NCBI GenBank assembly: GCA_045568775.1
Contig: JBJLAJ010000011.1
Coordinates: 59,239-123,238 of the forward strand
Direction: 5' to 3'
Length of the DNA stretch: 64,000 nt
Source: Cytophagales bacterium
GTDB taxonomy: Bacteria; Bacteroidota; Bacteroidia; Cytophagales; MED-G16
The notes beneath the pieces are model-generated. The model was not told the origin of the DNA. It was given only the letters and a program-made list of their open reading frames with translations, and did no database searches. Both the position numbers and the translations under genes were made by a program. Every line of letters begins with the position of its first letter. Within the stretch, counting starts at the first letter, position 1. Below are positions 60,401 to 64,000 of the stretch, one piece after another.

Positions 60401-60696
60401 TCTTCAACATCAGAGCTCATAACTACATCCACCACTGATCTAGAGCCAATTGCAATTTCTTGCGACGCTAAACCAATAAATGAAAATACTAAGGTACTTC
60501 CGTCACTAGGAACATCTAGTGAATAGGAACCGTTGACATCTGTAGTAGTACCAACAGTTGTACCTTGAAGGATAACGTTAACACCAGGAAGACCACTTCC
60601 GTCTTCATCAGATGATACCGTACCCGAGATAGTTCTGTCTTGAGCCCAAACATTTGAAGCCAAAAACAAGAAACTAACTAGTATAAATCTAAACAT
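57484..60696 (-). CDS. susC: SusC/RagA family TonB-linked outer-membrane transporter
   Basis: 1070 aa. Signal peptide. Carboxypeptidase-regulatory-like domain (ISGTVSSDEDGSGLPGVNVILQGTTVGTTTDVNGSYSL). Plug region (VVVTALGITKEKAALGYAV, NIIIRGYTSISGSNQPLFVLDGVPI). Ends in aromatic LSLTF. No N-terminal STN signalling domain. Confidence 0.93.
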   Translation of the reverse strand: MFRFILVSFLFLASNVWAQDRTISGTVSSDEDGSGLPGVNVILQGTTVGTTTDVNGSYSLDVPSDGSTLVFSFIGLASQEIAIGSRSVVDVVMSSDVEELQEVVVTALGITKEKAALGYAVTSVGGEQLEARPEADIARLLRGKVPGVDITSQSGVTGTGTNIIIRGYTSISGSNQPLFVLDGVPIDASTYRDRGFTGGGATASSRFLDLDPNNVAEISVLKGLAATVLYGEAGRNGVILITTKTGQIGGSNANKGLEVTFSQSYFVNQVASVPDDQDQYGNGWQNRAAAAFSNWGAPFDQPNRNGLTDGTIKHPYDRAIWNGVFPQYVGARWKYQAYDNLQNFFVDGSQQNTSIGVNAQVGSSSIKANYGWTKDNGYVPFNDYRKHNFSLGANTQLANGLKINASFNYIESQSNKPPVNPSRNSNATNVSLFGNVMYTPRSWNLFGMEYERPDTHGSVYYRGNNGMQHPLWTLHNTKDRDDVNRFIGNITLSYEIADFLNLTYRLGLDRTNMLNNYMINKNGVQGYAVLGHYATSNRNNINYDQVVNLNGSVELSEDLDFDFLVGGNLQSRNYELSQITSSDMFIYNFFDHQNFTVTNANTYVLRENTYGAYANLTLGYRDWGFLSASARNDWTSTLEEANRSFLYPSVSVSILPLEALSISNQNLNFLKVRFGFGTSAGYPPPYSTRGSLNTYTKIFQTSGGALLNSNAVSNFFANPDLTPEIHKELEFGIEGKFFQNKVGLDLSLFTKDSEDLIIDLDLDASTGYTSSTVNSASINNKGIEAIVSVIPVQSRDFTWEIAGQFSILRSEVLSIADGVDKIYVGGYTGRGNIAIPGLPYGIMEGDVIKRDYGSLDGTDHLQVNWDDRLNYTPIVNSNGGYQQLGYGVIGDPNPDYVYGVTNTLTYKWVTARVQFDSSVGGDVFSTTSSTLLGRGILEETGFDRFVPIVTKGLTNDGSPNVKQTTANAHYWPNTGVFYDENSMYDASVMRIREVSLSLVAPKSFLSGTPFGSASLTMSAQNIWHYAWNFPAGSNFDPEVISYGAGSNARGWDEMTGPTAKKWGATLSLTF

Positions 60697-60890
60697 AGTT
60701 TAATTTTAATTTAATTAATAATTGTTTAACAATAATATCCCGCGATTTTGAACATTTTTCACCAAAAAAGGAGAAAAAAGCCTAAAACACAGTCACGCCT
60801 CCCTACCCAAAATCTTCATTTAGAGCAAGGAAACTAATATTTTAAGGTTTTTTAACAAAAAACCCGATAGCTATTTTAACAATTATTAGA

Positions 60891-60920
60891 GAGAAATCAA
60901 TGACATTTCTCGTTTTTTTT
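60891..60920. terminator. hairpin flanked by A8/T8 tracts downstream of the OmpA-family gene (possible bidirectional terminator)
   Basis: Plus strand reads GAGAAAT-caatgac-ATTTCTC followed by gTTTTTTTT. On the minus (gene) strand the same stem is preceded by A8 and followed by only a weakly T-rich tail, so function for the minus-strand gene is uncertain. Confidence 0.35.
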
Positions 60921-60962
60921 ATGAATTATTTAACTGTCAATTAACATAGATTTAGCCTGAAA

Positions 60963-62768
60963 TTATTGAATATTTATTTTATCAATAATGTTAAACTCAA
61001 TTCTTCTGTTCTTATCGCCTTCATAATTTCTTTCAATAGGCTGTGAACTTCCATAACCCCTGAATGACAAATTATTTAAATTATCACCTTTGTTTACCAA
61101 ATAATCATAGACAGATTTAGCTCTATTTTTAGACAACAAATTATTATAATCATCAGATCCTATTTTATCAGTATGACCAGATATTTCAATTTTCAGATGT
61201 TTGTTGTCCCTTAGCCATATATATATAATATCTAAATATTTTTTTGAGTCTTTGTTTAACCTATAACTATCAAAGTCAAAATAAATTTTTTCAAGAATAA
61301 ATTTTTCTTCAATCTTCTGCATGTATATAATGTTAGAATCATTTTTAATTTCTATCACTTTTGGGAAGTAACCTAATGACTCAACTAATACCATAGAATT
61401 ATTATATTTTGACTCAATATAATTTTCATCATGAATGATTGGAGTTTTAGTTGTATCATCAACAATATATAATTCACTATTAATAACTTTCATGTCAGAA
61501 GTATCAATAGTTATAAATGAGATATCCTTTGCTTCTTGATGATTAAGTTTTGCAGAACCAATAAATATTTGACTTTTATTAAACTGATTTAATTTATCTT
61601 CTTGAGTTAATAGAAAAGTATTATCATGAATTGAAATAGATGTCTCGTCTAAATAAGAGTTGACAGAAGGACCAACATTATTCGGCCTTGATTTATCATC
61701 GAGTATATCCAAATTATAAAATATGTCGTATCCACCATATGAATCAGATCCATTCGAAGCGAAATATAAAATATTATCATACATATATGGAGATATGTCT
61801 TCATTTGGTGAATTAATATTACGGAGATTTTTAGCCTGACCCCACTCCTCATTATCTAATTTATTACTATAGTATATATCTCTTCCTCCCACACCACCTG
61901 GTCTATTAGATACGAAGAACAGCATGTCATCATACATGAAAGGCTGAGAGTCCCAGAACTGCGAATTGATTTTATCATTAAATTTTTGAGGAGTTGACCA
62001 ACTACCGTTAATGCTTTTTGAGTAATAGATATCACATGAGTTCTTCTTGAAATCCATTACACAATAAGTGAAAACTAAAAACTCTCCATCTTTTGAAAGA
62101 GAAACAGTCCCTTCATTATTTTCCGAATTTAAAAATTCAAAAGGCAACACATTTGAAACTTTATTGTTCTGATACTTTACCGTATAAATATTCTCATCGT
62201 CAAATAGCCTATCTCCCTTCCTTACAGTAAAATATATTGTATTTGATCTATTATCATAAAATGGCGAGTACTGATAATGGAAATAATTAAGGGTATCTCT
62301 CGCTGAAAATTCTATTACCGGATAAATATTCGATAAAAAGTTAAATTGTAAATTATCCATAATTCTAGAATAGTCAATAAATCTCAGTGTATCTGATATA
62401 CTTTTAAGTAAGTCACGTGATTTAGTTAGATTCCCCTTCAAAAAATTATACTCTGACAGATTAAAACACACTTCATCAAAATATTTAGAACATTCTGTGT
62501 CTAAATATTTATTAAAATACTCTTCGAATTTTTTAAAATTCTGAATCTTTTTATACGATAACCCTATTTTATATAATGAGGGACAATATCCGGAATTTAA
62601 CTTTAATGATTTATTAAAAAAATCAATAGCCTTACTAAATTCCCCAATCCCCAACATTTTATTGCCTTCATCATAAAACTTCTCATATTTTTTTAACTTC
62701 TGGGAATATATAAGATTAGTATTAAGAAAAAATAAAAGAAAGAATTTTAAAAATATATTATTGAACAT
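60963..62768 (-). CDS. OmpA family protein with TPR and TolB-like (PD40) beta-propeller regions
   Basis: 601 aa. Signal peptide, TPR-like N-terminus and WD40/PD40-like repeats (RPGGVGGRDIYYS, DSYGGYDIFY). C-terminal OmpA-like domain (IEISGHTDKIGSDDYNNLLSKNRAKSV...GYGSSQPI). Confidence 0.85.
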   Translation of the reverse strand: MFNNIFLKFFLLFFLNTNLIYSQKLKKYEKFYDEGNKMLGIGEFSKAIDFFNKSLKLNSGYCPSLYKIGLSYKKIQNFKKFEEYFNKYLDTECSKYFDEVCFNLSEYNFLKGNLTKSRDLLKSISDTLRFIDYSRIMDNLQFNFLSNIYPVIEFSARDTLNYFHYQYSPFYDNRSNTIYFTVRKGDRLFDDENIYTVKYQNNKVSNVLPFEFLNSENNEGTVSLSKDGEFLVFTYCVMDFKKNSCDIYYSKSINGSWSTPQKFNDKINSQFWDSQPFMYDDMLFFVSNRPGGVGGRDIYYSNKLDNEEWGQAKNLRNINSPNEDISPYMYDNILYFASNGSDSYGGYDIFYNLDILDDKSRPNNVGPSVNSYLDETSISIHDNTFLLTQEDKLNQFNKSQIFIGSAKLNHQEAKDISFITIDTSDMKVINSELYIVDDTTKTPIIHDENYIESKYNNSMVLVESLGYFPKVIEIKNDSNIIYMQKIEEKFILEKIYFDFDSYRLNKDSKKYLDIIYIWLRDNKHLKIEISGHTDKIGSDDYNNLLSKNRAKSVYDYLVNKGDNLNNLSFRGYGSSQPIERNYEGDKNRRIEFNIIDKINIQ

Positions 62769-63375
62769 TAAGATACTTATGAGTCTGAACAGAAATCCTC
62801 CATTTTGGGTTTGATTTAATGTAATCTAAAATTAAAGGACTAATTAATTCTTCTTTTGACCATTCCGGCTGCATTATCAGTTCAGTTTTTTGGCTAACCT
62901 TCTTAGAAAGTTCTTCTGCCCATTTGAAATCTGATCGATTATAAATAATTACTTTTAACTCGTCTGAAATAGAAAAAAAATCTTCTAAAGGTTCCTTAAA
63001 CTTTTTTGGAGAAAAGCATATCCAATCATAATCTCCTTTAAGAGAATGAGTGCCAGAAGTCTCAATATGAACCTTTTTATCATTATCTTTTAGTGTTTTA
63101 GTTAAAATAGTCAAGTCATGCATTAGAGGCTCTCCGCCAGTAATAACCACTATGTCCGCACACGATTTAGACACCTTTTTAACTATATCATCTATATGCA
63201 TATATTGATCTTTTGATATCTCCCATGATTCTTTGACATCACACCAGTGACAATTCACGTCACATCCTGATAATCTGATGAAATACGCGGGTTTACCTGA
63301 GTGAAAACCTTCACCCTGTATACTGTAAAAGGATTCCATAACTGGGAGTATATAATTAGATTTTAAACTTGTCAC
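62758..63375 (-). CDS. queE: 7-carboxy-7-deazaguanine synthase (radical SAM)
   Basis: 205 aa. Contains LPVMESFYSIQGEG and the cluster motif CDVNCHWCD. Confidence 0.9.
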   Translation of the reverse strand: MTSLKSNYILPVMESFYSIQGEGFHSGKPAYFIRLSGCDVNCHWCDVKESWEISKDQYMHIDDIVKKVSKSCADIVVITGGEPLMHDLTILTKTLKDNDKKVHIETSGTHSLKGDYDWICFSPKKFKEPLEDFFSISDELKVIIYNRSDFKWAEELSKKVSQKTELIMQPEWSKEELISPLILDYIKSNPKWRISVQTHKYLNVQ

Positions 63376-64000
63376 AATATACTTTTAAGGTGTTCTGAAG
63401 AAGGGAAACAATGGTCATTGGCCCAACTCCACCAGGAACAGGAGTAATCAAATTTGCTTTCTTATATATACTATCAAAATCAACATCTCCTACTATTTTA
63501 AAGCCTGATCTTTTTGAAGAATCTTTAACTCTTGATATACCTACATCAATGATTGAGACTCCATCTTTAACCATATCTTCTGTTACCAAGTTTGGGATAC
63601 CTACTGCTGAAATAATTAAGTCTGCGTCAATAGTAATTGACTTTAAATCTTTAGTCTTACTATTACACACAGTGACAGTAACATCCTCTCTCTGCACAAG
63701 CATCTGAGCTATTGCACCACCAACATTTCTACTTGAACCAATTACTACACATTTTTTAGATTCAACATCAATAGAGTATCTTTTAATTAAGGTCATAACA
63801 CCAAGACCTGTAGCTGGTAATAACTTCTTGTTTTTTGAAGTTATACTGCCAATATTATCATTTGTAAAACCATCTACATCTTTTGAAGAATCAATATTCT
63901 CAATAACTTTTTGAATACTAATATTTTCAGGAAGAGGTAATTGCACTATAAAACCATCAACATCATTGTCTTTATTAAGTTTTTTAATTAATTCAGTCAA
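63356..64000 (-). CDS. folD: bifunctional methylenetetrahydrofolate dehydrogenase/cyclohydrolase, C-terminal ~214 aa (gene continues beyond window end)
   Basis: Contains VDGFIVQLPLP, KDVDGF, VVIGSSRNVGGAIAQML and TPVPGGVGPMT. The apparent TTG start at 64000 is a window-edge artefact. Confidence 0.93.
   Translation of the reverse strand: MTELIKKLNKDNDVDGFIVQLPLPENISIQKVIENIDSSKDVDGFTNDNIGSITSKNKKLLPATGLGVMTLIKRYSIDVESKKCVVIGSSRNVGGAIAQMLVQREDVTVTVCNSKTKDLKSITIDADLIISAVGIPNLVTEDMVKDGVSIIDVGISRVKDSSKRSGFKIVGDVDFDSIYKKANLITPVPGGVGPMTIVSLLQNTLKVYCDKFKI

Overview
AT-rich, very compact chromosome segment. SusC/SusD genes, two T9SS C-terminal sorting domains, TTTG-19nt-TAnnTTTG promoters, DUF3467 after rpoC and a Zn-less L36 point to a marine Flavobacteriia-type Bacteroidota. 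About 33 kb (7.6-40.7 kb, minus strand) is the translation/transcription supercluster: tRNA-Tyr/Gly/Thr, tuf, tRNA-Trp, secE, nusG, rplKAJL, rpoBC, DUF3467, rpsLG, fusA, rpsJ, then rplC through rplQ (S10/spc/alpha order). Flanking housekeeping genes are a partial proline dehydrogenase, a shikimate operon, an M42 peptidase, ftsB-like, eno, carA, pyrH, frr, nadD, gmk, birA, rsfS, ftsH, lpxH, an OmpA-family gene, queE and partial folD. I found no rRNA, CRISPR array, transposase, integrase or long repeat. Two places look non-routine. (1) A 3.2-kb secreted GH5 + CBM6-like + T9SS glycanase gene sits between rpsJ and rplC, with a canonical promoter between it and rplC. (2) A co-oriented 13.5-kb accessory block (47.1-60.7 kb) has no glycoside hydrolase or regulator. 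It runs SusC, SusD, a Cys-rich lipoprotein, a terminator, then an FG-GAP/UnbV protein continuing into a vanadium-haloperoxidase-like PAP2 domain with a T9SS tail. That gene is broken by a +1 frame change ending on CCC-TAA-T. It is followed by an ASST-type arylsulfotransferase lipoprotein, a CHR-family transporter and a PAPS-type sulfotransferase. I propose this block as a candidate, undescribed uptake and halogenation/sulfation locus. That reading is inference from domain content and adjacency only. All family calls come from reading the translated ORFs, not from database searches.
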